Origin: Zygnema circumcarinatum SAG 698-1b
Lineage: Eukaryota > Plantae > Zygnematophyceae
NCBI GenBank assembly: GCA_037447605.1
Contig: CM074810.1
Span: forward strand, 3,444,880 to 3,508,879
Direction: 5' to 3'
DNA length: 64,000 nucleotides
Below the pieces are notes generated by a model. The model made no database searches. It was not told the DNA's origin and worked only from the letters and a program-made list of their open reading frames with translations. Positions 22,658 through 38,893 of this stretch are shown one piece after another. A program made the translations under genes and the position numbers. Position 1 is the stretch's first letter, and every line of letters begins with the position of its first letter.

Positions 22658-24058
22658 ATGAAGCTGCTCTCCTATTGGCTGCTGCTGGTGGGCTTCATGC
22701 GCCTCTCTTCGGTGTACTTTGGATACTTCAACGCGTGGGCGCTGCAGGTCGCCGTCTTTTCTCACATTGACGGTGCGCTCCTCCAATCCTCACCAAACCC
22801 ATATTAAATATTGTCATAGGCTTCTATTTTTTGAAAGGCATGTAACCCTACAGCCAGCATCCCTAGAGTCATTCAACACGCAAAAAGGGAAAATTCGAAG
22901 ATCTATAGATCTAAAAACCCTTAATTTTAACGTGCCCAGTTTACATTCACACTACTATATCATAAATCTGCAATTTCGAAGGGAACTCATCTCACATATA
23001 TGATGTATATGCTCTCGTTAGAGGTGAAAGTCTTATTTTTCATCCAAGTCTTGTTGTCACATGACGTGAAAAACCCTAATCTGAACAAGCTAATTGTTGT
23101 TTGTTGCAGTGAGTGAAGTTCATGGCCGTACATTTGCGATATGGACGAGCATCACATGCGTTCTATGTATTCTAACGGCGTTGGATATAAAGAACGGAGG
23201 GCTCTATTTGGCGACCATGCTCTCCTTCGCAGCGGTGCTCGCCTTCTTCTTGTTGGAGTACTTGGTGTACTCAACCATGAGCTTCAAAAATGTGGCTTTG
23301 GTCGGCACGATCGCATGTGAGTACGGGATGGTGTGGATGATCCCTTTCTCTCTCTCTCTTTCCCTCCCTCCCCTTCCTCCCTTTCTCTCCCCCTCCCCCT
23401 CCAGCCTCCCCCTCCCCCCTGCCCCCCCCCCCTCCCCTCCTCCCCCCCTCCCCCCCTCCCCCCCTCCCCCCTCCCCACCTTCCCCCTCCTCTGCTCCCTC
23501 CCCCTCCCCCTCCCCTCACCCTCCCCCTCCCCTCCCCTCCCTCCCTCCCTCCCTCCCGCCCCTCTTCTCTCTCTCTCACTCACTTCTCTCTCATTCTCCC
23601 TTTTTTCCTCTCTCTCTTTCCCCTTCTTGCTACGCAATGAAGTTCCTCTCATATCCTGCTCTCAACCCAAGTTCAGTCCCGAGTTCAGTCCCCTTATCAC
23701 TGTACGAGCGGATGAAATCAATCAATGTGAACGAACTGAGCCCTGTTGGCACACTCTCCCTCACTCTCGTTCGCTCTTTCTCTCGCTCTCTCTCTGCCAC
23801 TCTCCCTCTCTCTCCCCGCCTCTCTCTCTCTCCCTCTCGCCCCCCCTCTCTCTCTCTCTCTCTCCCCCTCTCTCCCTCTCTCTCCCCCTCTCTCCCTCTC
23901 TGTCTCTCCCTCTCTCCCTCTCTCTCTCTCTCCCCCTCTCTCTCTCTCTGTCATTGGCGGAAATTGTTGATCTTGCAGCTGTCTCCCTCGCGTGGATGGC
24001 GGTGGAATGGAGGTCGGTCTCGAAGCTGAATGAGGAGGAGGAGATCAAAAAGCGATGA
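22658..24058 (+). CDS. ERG28: ERG28-like protein, copy B
   Basis: Exons 22658-22772, 23110-23316, 23979-24058: MKLLSYWLLLVGFMRLSSVYFGYFNAWALQVAVFS...VSEVHGRTFAIWT...LYLATMLSF...EYLVYSTM...VSLAWMAVEW. The first two exon lengths (115, 207) equal those of copy A. Confidence 0.93.
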
Positions 24059-24295
24059 TTCAGTTTTAGGTTTCTATCAGTCTCTAAGGGTTAAGGATTC
24101 GTGCATTTTTTTCTTATTTAGTTATCGTTCATTGATAATGACAGAGATTTGGCGACCCATGGGAGCACCATGCGCGTGAAACCCACAGAGGGAATGTCCA
24201 CAAAATGAGTCGCCTGTGCATGACACATTTCATTCCCTGCAGGTAAAAGGCGTTAGTAACTTGACCAAGTCAGGTTCACCAAGTTTTATACCGGT

Positions 24296-24752
24296 CCCTA
24301 AACCTTAAACTCTAAACCCTAAAACCTAAACCCTAAAGCCTAATCTTAAACCCTAAACCCCATAACCTAAACTCTAAGCTCTGATTGCTGAACCCTAAGC
24401 CCTACCCCTAAACCTTAAATCCTAAACCGTAATCGCTGAACCTTAAGACCTAAACCCTAATCCTAAACCCTAAACCCTATAACCTAAACCCTGATCCCGG
24501 AACCCTAAACCCTAATCGCTGAACCCTAATTCCTAAACCCTAAACCTCTAACCTTAAACCCTTAACCCTATAACCTAAACCCTAAACTCTGATCCTGGAA
24601 CCCTAAACCTAAACCCTAAACCCTAATCGCTGAACCCTTAGCCCTAAACCCTCAACCCTTATCTTTAACCCCAATCTTAAACCCTAAACCCTCTAACCTA
24701 AACCCTCAACCCTAAACTCTCAACCCTAACCCTCAACCCTAAACCCTAAACC
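24296..24752. repeat. Degenerate interstitial telomeric array (CCCTAAA)n
   Basis: About 450 bp of CCCTAAA variants interspersed with tcgctgaa/gatcc(c/t)ggaa units. Confidence 0.9.
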
Positions 24753-25189
24753 GACAAAAATCGACAAAAAAGGTTCAAAAACGGAAAATGCTTTGATCAC
24801 ACCTTTCTGGAATCGATACACACCTTTTTCCGTCGGGAAGGTCGAAACCCTAAAGAGTGCATCTGCCCTGCCACAAGTTGTACTTGTATTTCCGTACGTT
24901 TCTGTACGGTACTGTAAGGAATCCTTTCGGTTACGTTGAGTTAAAGCCCGGTCCGTACCTCTACTCGCCAATTTTACCCAGAAACCTTTGATCCAATTGA
25001 ATCTGGCGGATAACCATTGGCTAGAGGTCAATGCTCGAACACCTATTTGACTGAAAAACGGATCGGTTGATTCCACCATCTTCAGAAACAGACCGGAACA
25101 AGATGGCACGGTCCCACGTGTCCCGGTTAATGACAGTCGGACGGTAAGTTCGCGGACGGCACGCGGCGGCGCCTGGACGCGCCCGTACG

Positions 25190-25990
25190 GCTATTGGTAC
25201 AGTGGGGGGTCCTCATATTTTCGCCATGGTATTGGCCAAAAAGGGGCGAAAATATTGATTTTGCAAATATAAGGTTCGTGTTACCAATAGGCTTTCGGTA
25301 ACATGTTAGAGTTCATGTTTGTCCGTACGTATCGTATCGTGTAATATCGTATCGTATCGAACCATATCGTCCAATATCTATCGTACCGTTCCGTAGCGTA
25401 TCGTCCAATATCATACCGTATCGTACCATATCGTACCATATCGTACCGTATCTATCGTACCGTGCCGTATCGTATCGCATACACGTAGTTTTCCGCTCTT
25501 CGCGTTGTTTTTCTCATTGATGATGCTATAATTATCAATAGTGGAAGAGCACACCCATGATGAAATAAATGAGTGAGTTAATATTAGGCTGGGGGTTGAC
25601 GGGCTTCCACGGCAATGAAACAAAACGGGTGCCTTGTGCGACTTGGACGACGCTCAATACCAAAACACCTCTTAAAGTCAATATGCTTGCCGTGTAGATG
25701 GTTGATGTGGATGGTATATGGAGCAGACGAGGAGAGGAGCGAGCGCCTCTTACGGCGGACACCTGTGGGAAGATTCTACAACTCGTACGGCTAGTACGAA
25801 TAGTACGGACAGTACGGACAGTACGGACAGTACGGACAGTACGGCTAACATTGAGTTACCGTACAAAAAGGTGGTTTCGGCAAAATCGGGGCGAATTTCT
25901 TGGGAGCGCACTGTACAGGGTGGAAAATATGAGGAACCCCCACTGTACAGTAACCGACTCGGGTCCGTACAGATTTCGTACAGTCGCAGC
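25190..25990 (+). repeat. Family C copy with long (CGTAT/CGTAC)n tract (~25190-25490) and uninterrupted family B copy (~25730-25990)
   Basis: Direct similarity to 12600-12760, 11850-11970, 12900-13020 and the reverse of 11600-13480. Confidence 0.78.
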
Positions 25991-26465
25991 TTCGAGGAAA
26001 GGCGAAATACCATAAACCATTGATGGCCAGGACCAATCATAGTCTGCTACGTCCAACAAAAGAACACGTGGCATACGGTGATTAGCTGCCAGTTTTGCGG
26101 AGATCTCGGGCACTCGCAGGTGCGACTCGGACGGATCTTCCGCTCCGAGCGGATTCGGGCAGGCCCTAACATATTTTTGTCTCTCAAAAAAACATCAGGG
26201 GGACGGGATATCCAAAAAGGGGGAATCGTCTATTATTCTCCTTATATCCAAAACAGGGGGGCGGATATCCGGAGGGCAGGATATAATTTTCCAACCTCTT
26301 GATTAAACCCAATACCCTGAATTCTAAACTTCTATGGTGCCCACAATTGCCCAGACGATTTGAACCAAAAATAATAATAATAGGAAAACAAATCGCATGG
26401 GAGGACACCGGCGCGCGTACGGGCCCTGCCCGTTCCATGCGCCCTTGTATCACAAAACGACACGG

Positions 26466-26800
26466 GACTGCCAACGGTTCTCGAGCCCACATATAGCCAG
26501 TTGGAGGCCGTCCAAAACAATGCCGTTGCCGGCTGCCGAGACTCAACGAGACCAGCACGTGTAATTCTCACTTCGGATTCGTCAAACTGACGTCACACCT
26601 ATGTAGTTGTCGTCACACACTACTGACGGCATTGTTGTCAGCACGCGCCGGCCCAAATTGACATAATTTCTCACACGTGCGCGAGAAGGCCGTCCTCCTA
26701 TTGGTTCCTTGGCAACGGCCGCCGACGCCTTATCAGCGGCCAACCGCTCTCACAGGACGATGAAACCGGCGACTGCCGCCCAACCTCTCTTCCTCTCCTC
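26466..26800 (+). repeat. Upstream region of the LRR-EGF gene, duplicated at 33102-33437
   Basis: Shared blocks actgccaacggtt, catatagcca.ttggaggccgtccaaa, ggctgccgagactcaacgagacc, gcccaaattgacata, cgccgacgccttatcagcggccaaccgctc, ggcgactgccgccca. Confidence 0.85.
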
Positions 26801-27018
26801 CTCTCTCACCCTCTCCTCTCTCCATCTCTCCCTCCCTCACTCTCCTCCTCCCACTCCTCGCTCCCTCCCTCCTCCCTACTCCCACCCTCTCCCTCACCCT
26901 CTCTCTCCCTCTCCTCTCTCCCTGCCTCTCCCTCACCCTCTCTCTCCCTCTCCCCTCTCCCTCTCTCTCCGCCTCCCTCTCTCTCCCCTTTTCCCTCTCT
27001 CCCTCCTCGCCCCGCGCC

Positions 27019-32786
<5,768 letters not shown>

Positions 32787-33101
32787 GTTTGGCGTACGGC
32801 AAGTCTTCAGGGGTTAGGGTTCAGGGTCTTAAGGTTATAGGGCAGTGGGGTTTTCGGGTTGCCGAGTGTTGAGGTCGCCAGAAAACTGAGAGGGTGGCGG
32901 TCCACACCCTGCGACCATGAATTTTGAACATTGAACAATTTTGGGAAAATTATATGTCGATCCCCCATTTTCTACCACGTCTTATTTCTATGGCGTGGTA
33001 ATTTTTTGATTGGTCCAGACTATCAATGATAAAATTTGCGTTTTTTTAAGTTGTGATCGTACGATGTCTGTACGGACCCCTTTTTGAGACGGCATTGGCG
33101 G

Positions 33102-33437
33102 AACTGCCAACGGTTTTCGAGCGCACATATAGCCAATTGGAGGCCGTCCAAACAATGACCGGCTGCCGGCTGCCGGCTGCCGAGACTCAACGAGACCCAC
33201 ACGTGTCATTTTCGATTCTGATTCGTTTGACTGACGACATGCCTATGTTCTACTAACGGCATTTTTGTCGGTCACGGGCAGGCCCAAATTGACATATAGT
33301 TTTACACGTGCGGGAGACGGACCATCCTCCGATTGGTACTTTGGCATTGCCCGCCGACGCCTTATCAGCGGCCAACCGCTCGCGGAGGACGATGGCTACC
33401 GGCGACTGCCGCCCACCGTCCCTCCCTCTCTCCTCCG
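33102..33437 (+). repeat. Second copy of the LRR-EGF upstream region, followed by (CGTTC)n
   Basis: Aligns to 26466-26800; no coding exon follows it. Confidence 0.85.
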
Positions 33438-33649
33438 TTCCGTTCCGTTCCATGCCGTTACTTCCTGCACCGTTTCGTTCCGTTCCGTTCCGTTCCATTC
33501 CGCTCCGTTCCATTCCGCTTCGTCCCGTTCCGTTCCGTCGCATGTCCATTCTACAGTTTTACGGATACGGGGCGAAGACTTCATAGAACTCGAAGGTGTA
33601 CCACCAACAATTCACATTCAAATTATCAAATTATCAAATTTTGGGATTT

Positions 33650-34840
33650 TCAACAAACAAAAATTCGGCACTCGGGCGGGCGGTCTCGAAGGGACCCAAA
33701 ATAGTTCACGTCCGCAAGGACCTCGCCAAAGTCACCTGCACTCCGGGCAGGGCTAAAAATGTAAATAAATTAATTAATCATTAAAATAAAAAAAAATACT
33801 ATTTACACACCTTTTTGTCTAGATACACACCTTTAAGAAAATCCCGACACCATAAAACCGTAAAATAAAATAAGACCCGCAAAAAAAGGTGTGTATCTAG
33901 ACAAAAAGGTGTGTAAATAGCATTTTCCTCAAATAAAATCGAAATGAAAAGCACAAAAAAAATAGGGTTTTACGGACCTTCATATATGGTCCTGACTTCC
34001 TTCAACCCTTCATCGACCAGCTCCTCATATATAACCGTTCCCGGAGACGCGTCCAAAACCACGAGCACTCCTGCGAACCACGAGAAACTTTCTCACATCA
34101 ATTCAAGAAACTCATGAACAATAATAAAAAAAAAATACATATACATATATAAAAAACTAAACGAAAACAAGCCCAATATAACATAAATTTTTTTTTTTTT
34201 AAAGGCAAGAATTGGCTTCATTAAGAAGGCATCATCTCACCAGGGGAAAATTTCGGCCCTGCCCGATCGCTCGCAGGACACGGCGCAGGGGCCAGCCAGA
34301 GAACGTTTCTGAAATTCATGCTGACGTCATATGGCACAGGGGACTCTGCATGTGACGTCAGAAAACAAAACATACAAACCCAACAAATATCAATATGACC
34401 ATGGGGATTTGATTTATTTGGAGAGTGAGCGGGTACAAATGGGGTGTCAAGGCAAGGCAAGGCAAGGCAAGTCAAGTCAAGTCAAGTCAAAGCAAGGCAA
34501 GTCAAGGCAAGGCAAGGCAAGGCCAGTCAAGTCAAGTCAAGGCAAGGCACGTCAAGTCAAGTCAAGTCAAAGCAAGTCAAGTCAAGTCAAATCAGGTCAA
34601 GTAGGTTGGAGACAAGTCAAGTCAAGGGAGTCAAAAGGTGAAGTTGCTTCTCGAAACAATGAATTTGCGAAAGCTCGAAGTTGTAGTCTTTAGGAATTTC
34701 TCAAATAGAATGTGTTTCATGGAAATGGTACATCACATGCAAGGACAATTGAACTGATCATGAGAGGGAGGGGGGAGGGAGAGGAGAGAGAAGCGAGAGA
34801 AAGCGGGAGGGCAAGAAGGGGGAGAACAGAGAGCAAGAGA

Positions 34841-34900
<60 letters not shown>

Positions 34901-37199
34901 GAAAGGAGTCGAATAATTGACAACCATTCTATGGAGGACGAATCCTTCCTTACAGGGCCCCAAGTCGAGGAGTATCTTCAGTTGTGAGGAACAGGTGAGC
35001 ATGGAACAGGTCGAAGCGGTTGAGGGCAACGGAAAATCCAACGGAGGGGGCCAACATGGAAATGGCTTCGAAAAGGAACGCAAAATAGGCGTCAATGCTC
35101 TGCCCCAGAAAAAGAAAAAAATTTGGAATGGCGGAAGTTAGCCTAAAAAACGACATTTGCAGTGTGAAGGTAAATATCAATTCAAACTTATTGGATTCAA
35201 ATGGAAGACTTTCCTGTCTTTTTTTAAACGAAAAAAGGGAAAATTTCGACGACGGAGCGGCTAAAATTTCAAGCTTCCAATCGGCAGCTTGAGGATCCAT
35301 CAAATAAAATTTCACCAAAAACGAAGGAGTTTAAGAACCCATTGCAGCAGTAAACAGTTTTTAGATTTTTTAGGGTTTTCAACCCTACAATAACCCTTAT
35401 ATTAAAAACCAAGAAAAGTAAGAAGTTTTTCTGAAAAAGAATTTCTCTGTACCCCCCCCAGAAACCCAAAAGGATTCACAGCTTCACCTTATCTTGGAAC
35501 CTTCTTCCGTACGGATACCTTCCCAGCTGACACCTGGCAGCGGTAGAGTTCTCCACGTCAGGAATCTGCGACCAAGGCAGCCTCTCTCCCTATTCTTCGT
35601 CATCCTTCTCCCTCCCACTCCCCCTCTCTCCTCCCCTTCGCTCTCCTCCCCCTCCCTTTCCCTCTACCTCCCTCTTCCCCCCACCCCCTCAATCCCCCTC
35701 ACACTCCCTCACCAACCCCTTTCCTCTTTCCCCCCCCCATCCCCCCGGCACTTCCCATCTCCCTCCCCTTCCCACTCCTCCCTCCCAACCAACCCAACCC
35801 AACTCCTTTCCCTCCCAACCCCACCTCCTCCCCTTCCCTACCCCCTCTCCGCTCCTTCTCCCTCTCCCTCTACCTCCTCCACTCCCCTGCATCAAACTCT
35901 CTTTCCCCTCCCCCTCCCCCTTCCTCCCTTCCCCCTCCTCCCCCCCCCCCGTCCCTTCCCCACCCCCTCTCCCTCCCCCATTTCCCCCCCAAACCCCCGC
36001 CCTCCGTCCCCCTCGCCCTTTCCCCTTCCCTCTCCCTCCCCCCCTCCCCCANNNNNNNNNNCCCCCCCCCCCCTCTCTCTCTCTCTCACCGTGTACAGCG
36101 GAGCCGCCAGTTGCTGCAGAATCACTTCAATCTCTCCCCCGCTCTCAGCCGCCGCTGCAGCCAATCGGAGCACTCCGGGCGGCGGAAAATACACCAACTG
36201 CTCAAAGTTCTTCTTGTATTCAAAACTGCCCAAATTAAACTTCTGAAACCCGCCCACTTTCCTTTGTTCTTTCTTTACTTTTAACCATATTTTTTCATCA
36301 AATGTTTTCCTTCCCATATTTTTCCCCTCATGAACCTTCAAGAGTGGTCTCTCACGGAACAGTCCATTCAGTATCCGTACAACGGAACCGTTTCTTTTAT
36401 TTTTTTTAATTCTAGAAGAACTACTCTTTCTTACTCTCAAATGTTTTTCCGCACGCAGAGTTTCAGTCTTGCTGAAAGCTAAAAACGACGTTTTTTTGGG
36501 TCTTATATTTAAATTTAAATTTAAATATTTTGGGTGAGGGGGGGGTAGGGCAGAGCAAACCCTAAAAAGGGGAACCAGAGGTTTCAGTGAAGATAAGAGA
36601 CTTTTTTCCCTTTCCGGAGGAATTTTTTCCGTAAAATTTGAAGCATTGTTCAACACTTTCAAGAGGTCCGAAGCACAGGTATTTTCAGAAAAAATAGGGT
36701 TTTGGTTTTTTTCAGAAAACTGAGGGTTTGTCAGGGGTTCAGGGTCGTCATAATGTGGTGGATTTCCTAACCTGCTAAAAATTCCCTTAAGAAATTTAAA
36801 ATTCCTGGAAATCCGTAATTGTGGATCCGTAATCCGTGGAAACATTTCAGTATTTTTCACAGATGAAAACTTCCAGTTTTTTGAACTAAACTGCGAATTT
36901 CTGCCTTTACTGGTTTGCGGATTTTTTCCGTAAACTGAAAACGATCTGGGGCCCAAAAAACTGACTGCGATTTCAGACGAGTTTGCGACGAGCCTTGTTG
37001 CTGACGTCACAGTTTCCGGATTCAAGGGCCAACCTAAGGGTGCTGGCATCAGCATAGTTTGTCGACCACTGAGGAAAAAAATGCAAGCGAGGAGAAAAAA
37101 AAGAATGGAAATTGAACAAACGATTTTGAAGGCGGAAGAGGGGGCGGAAAGAAATAGCATTATTGGGAAGGATTTTTTTTTGGCTTCTGAACCCCGCAA
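33650..37199 (-). CDS. Conserved plant type II membrane protein of unknown function (Arabidopsis At3g26950-like); one expected exon not found
   Basis: Exons 37199-36090 (N-terminal TM and stem), 35589-35488, 35099-34954 (IDAYFAFLFE..VALNRFDLFHAHLFL..RLGAL), 34345-34241 (YDVSMNFRNVLWLAP), 34070-33978 (GVLVVLDASP..RTIYE), 33735-33650 (DFGEVLADVNY..IFVC*). The family match is from recalled motifs. Confidence 0.75.
33791..33928. mobile_element. MITE family D, ~140-bp hairpin
   Basis: ~42-bp TIRs aaaatactatttacacacctttttgtctagatacacaccttt / aaaggtgtgtatctagacaaaaaggtgtgtaaatagcattttcc. It lies in the last intron of the At3g26950-like gene; no clean TSD. Confidence 0.85.
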
Positions 37200-37287
37200 A
37201 AACCCTAAATCTGTTAACGTTCTAAGATCTTCAAGTCTGAGAAATCTGTCCTGTGAACAACCCTAAAAAAAATTAGGGTTAAGAAAA

Positions 37288-37811
37288 GGAAAATGATACA
37301 GGCGCCCCACTTTTTGGATATCCGCGCCCCCTTTGGGGAAAAAAACTGTACTTTCATGTTGGCTAATCACGCCCCCCCTCCATTGGATCTTTCGGGAGGA
37401 GAGATCTCGTAGACAATCGGACCCCGCGCCTCGCGCGCAGGATCCGACCGTGCTCCGACGTACGGCGCCGCCCATCGCAGCGTGGCCGCGAGATGCGGCG
37501 AGCAGGGGGGACCGGAAGCAGGGATGTCCAATGGTTGGGTCAGAGGTTGCCACGTGGCAGTCTTCCATTGGACATCCCTGCTTCCGGTCCCCCATGCTCG
37601 CCGCATCTCGCGGGCCGCGCCGCGATGCGCGGCGCCGTACGTCGGTGCACGGTCGGATCCTGCGCGCGAGGCGCGGGGTCCGATTGTCTACGAGATCTCT
37701 CCTCCCGAAAGATCCAATGGAGGGGGGGCGTGATTAGCCAACATGAAAGTACAGTTTTTTCCCGAAAGGGGGCGCGGATATCCAAAAAGTGGGGCGCCTG
37801 TATCATTTTCC
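37288..37811. mobile_element. Mutator-like foldback MITE (family A, copy 3)
   Basis: ~245-bp near-perfect inverted arms with a ~30-bp centre, termini GGAAAATG...CATTTTCC, and 8-bp TSD TAAGAAAA at 37280-37287 and 37812-37819. Confidence 0.93.
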
Positions 37812-38293
37812 TAAGAAAAACCATGTAAAAATCCCCGGAAGCGTGTTTGTTCGAAACCACGAGTACAGTGCCGTCCAAATTCCAGCCCTAATCTTGACTG
37901 GGAACTGGACTACGTGAAACGGAGACTGCGATATTGCGTCGACATCACAACAAACCAAACTGTAACTATTATAGCGCTACCCGTTTAACCGAACAGTAAC
38001 TGTAGAAACTGTAACGTCGTGTGGCCGTATGACGGTCGTACAGTACGGCACGGTACGGTACGGTACGGTACATTAAGGTACGGTCATATGTCGTAGGAAG
38101 CTACGGTTCTACTTCCAGTTCTAGTTGAACTTTTCACCGGACTGGAATCGGGTAATGATTCCTGATCATGGAACAGAAGCCAAACAGTTCAGTTCGGATC
38201 GGAAAACTGGGGCTGACGTTCCGTGACACAGTTCCGTATTGACGAGCCTTTGATTCTATGCTAAAATCAACAATGACATTGCAGTGACACCGA

Positions 38294-38469
38294 CACGTGA
38301 CGTTTCCATGCGAACAATTAGACAAATTTCTTTGTGTGACACGAGGCAGCGTACAAGTGGCTTTCGACTCGTGGAGCGTCAACGTCAAAATCTCGCTGCG
38401 GAAATCCAACGGTAAGAAATTAGCTCATCATGACACGTGGCGTACCCAGCCCCTCAAACTCGACACGTG
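38294..38469. promoter_or_regulatory. Cluster of three G-box/ABRE-like motifs in the divergent promoter
   Basis: GACACGTG(A/G) with CACGTG at 38294, 38434 and 38464, about 430-600 bp upstream of the ATG at 38894. Function is inferred only. Confidence 0.4.
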
Positions 38470-38893
38470 GTTAAAAAGACAAATCCTACAGTAATCTCGC
38501 ATGCGGCATTCGCGCTTCCCGTTTTGTCGTTTCTGCATCCACACGAGCGGCGTTTCCTGAAAAAGCTTCCAGTAACTTAGAAACGACAAAAAATCAATGG
38601 TCGGTGGAGCCAATCCTATCGGAAGCAGATTTTCCGCCCCCAACCTAGTACCTTACCAATGCCGTACCGTACGGTAACTGAATCAGTTTCCCATGTCAGG
38701 AACAAGTCAGCACCACCAAGCAAATTCCATCAGTGACGTCATTCCTGCGGTTGCTCCGACAATTCGTACAGCCCATTTCCGTTGCGTGACGCAACATAAT
38801 GTACGGCTTCTAGACCCATCGTACGTTATCGGTCATACGGCCGCGGCCCCGTCTCCAAAAAGCGTCGGAGGTGCCCCTAGCGCCGCCCGGCCA

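Noticed and set aside
25730-25990. Family B/C repeats as Helitrons
   Set aside because: I could not identify a 5' TC, a 3' hairpin plus CTRR, or an A|T insertion site, so they are left unclassified.
34733-35095. ORF with CWPPPLDFP..DLGPCKEG vaguely like GT90/CAP10 glycosyltransferases
   Set aside because: It is an alternative frame of the exon whose other frame matches the At3g26950-like motifs.
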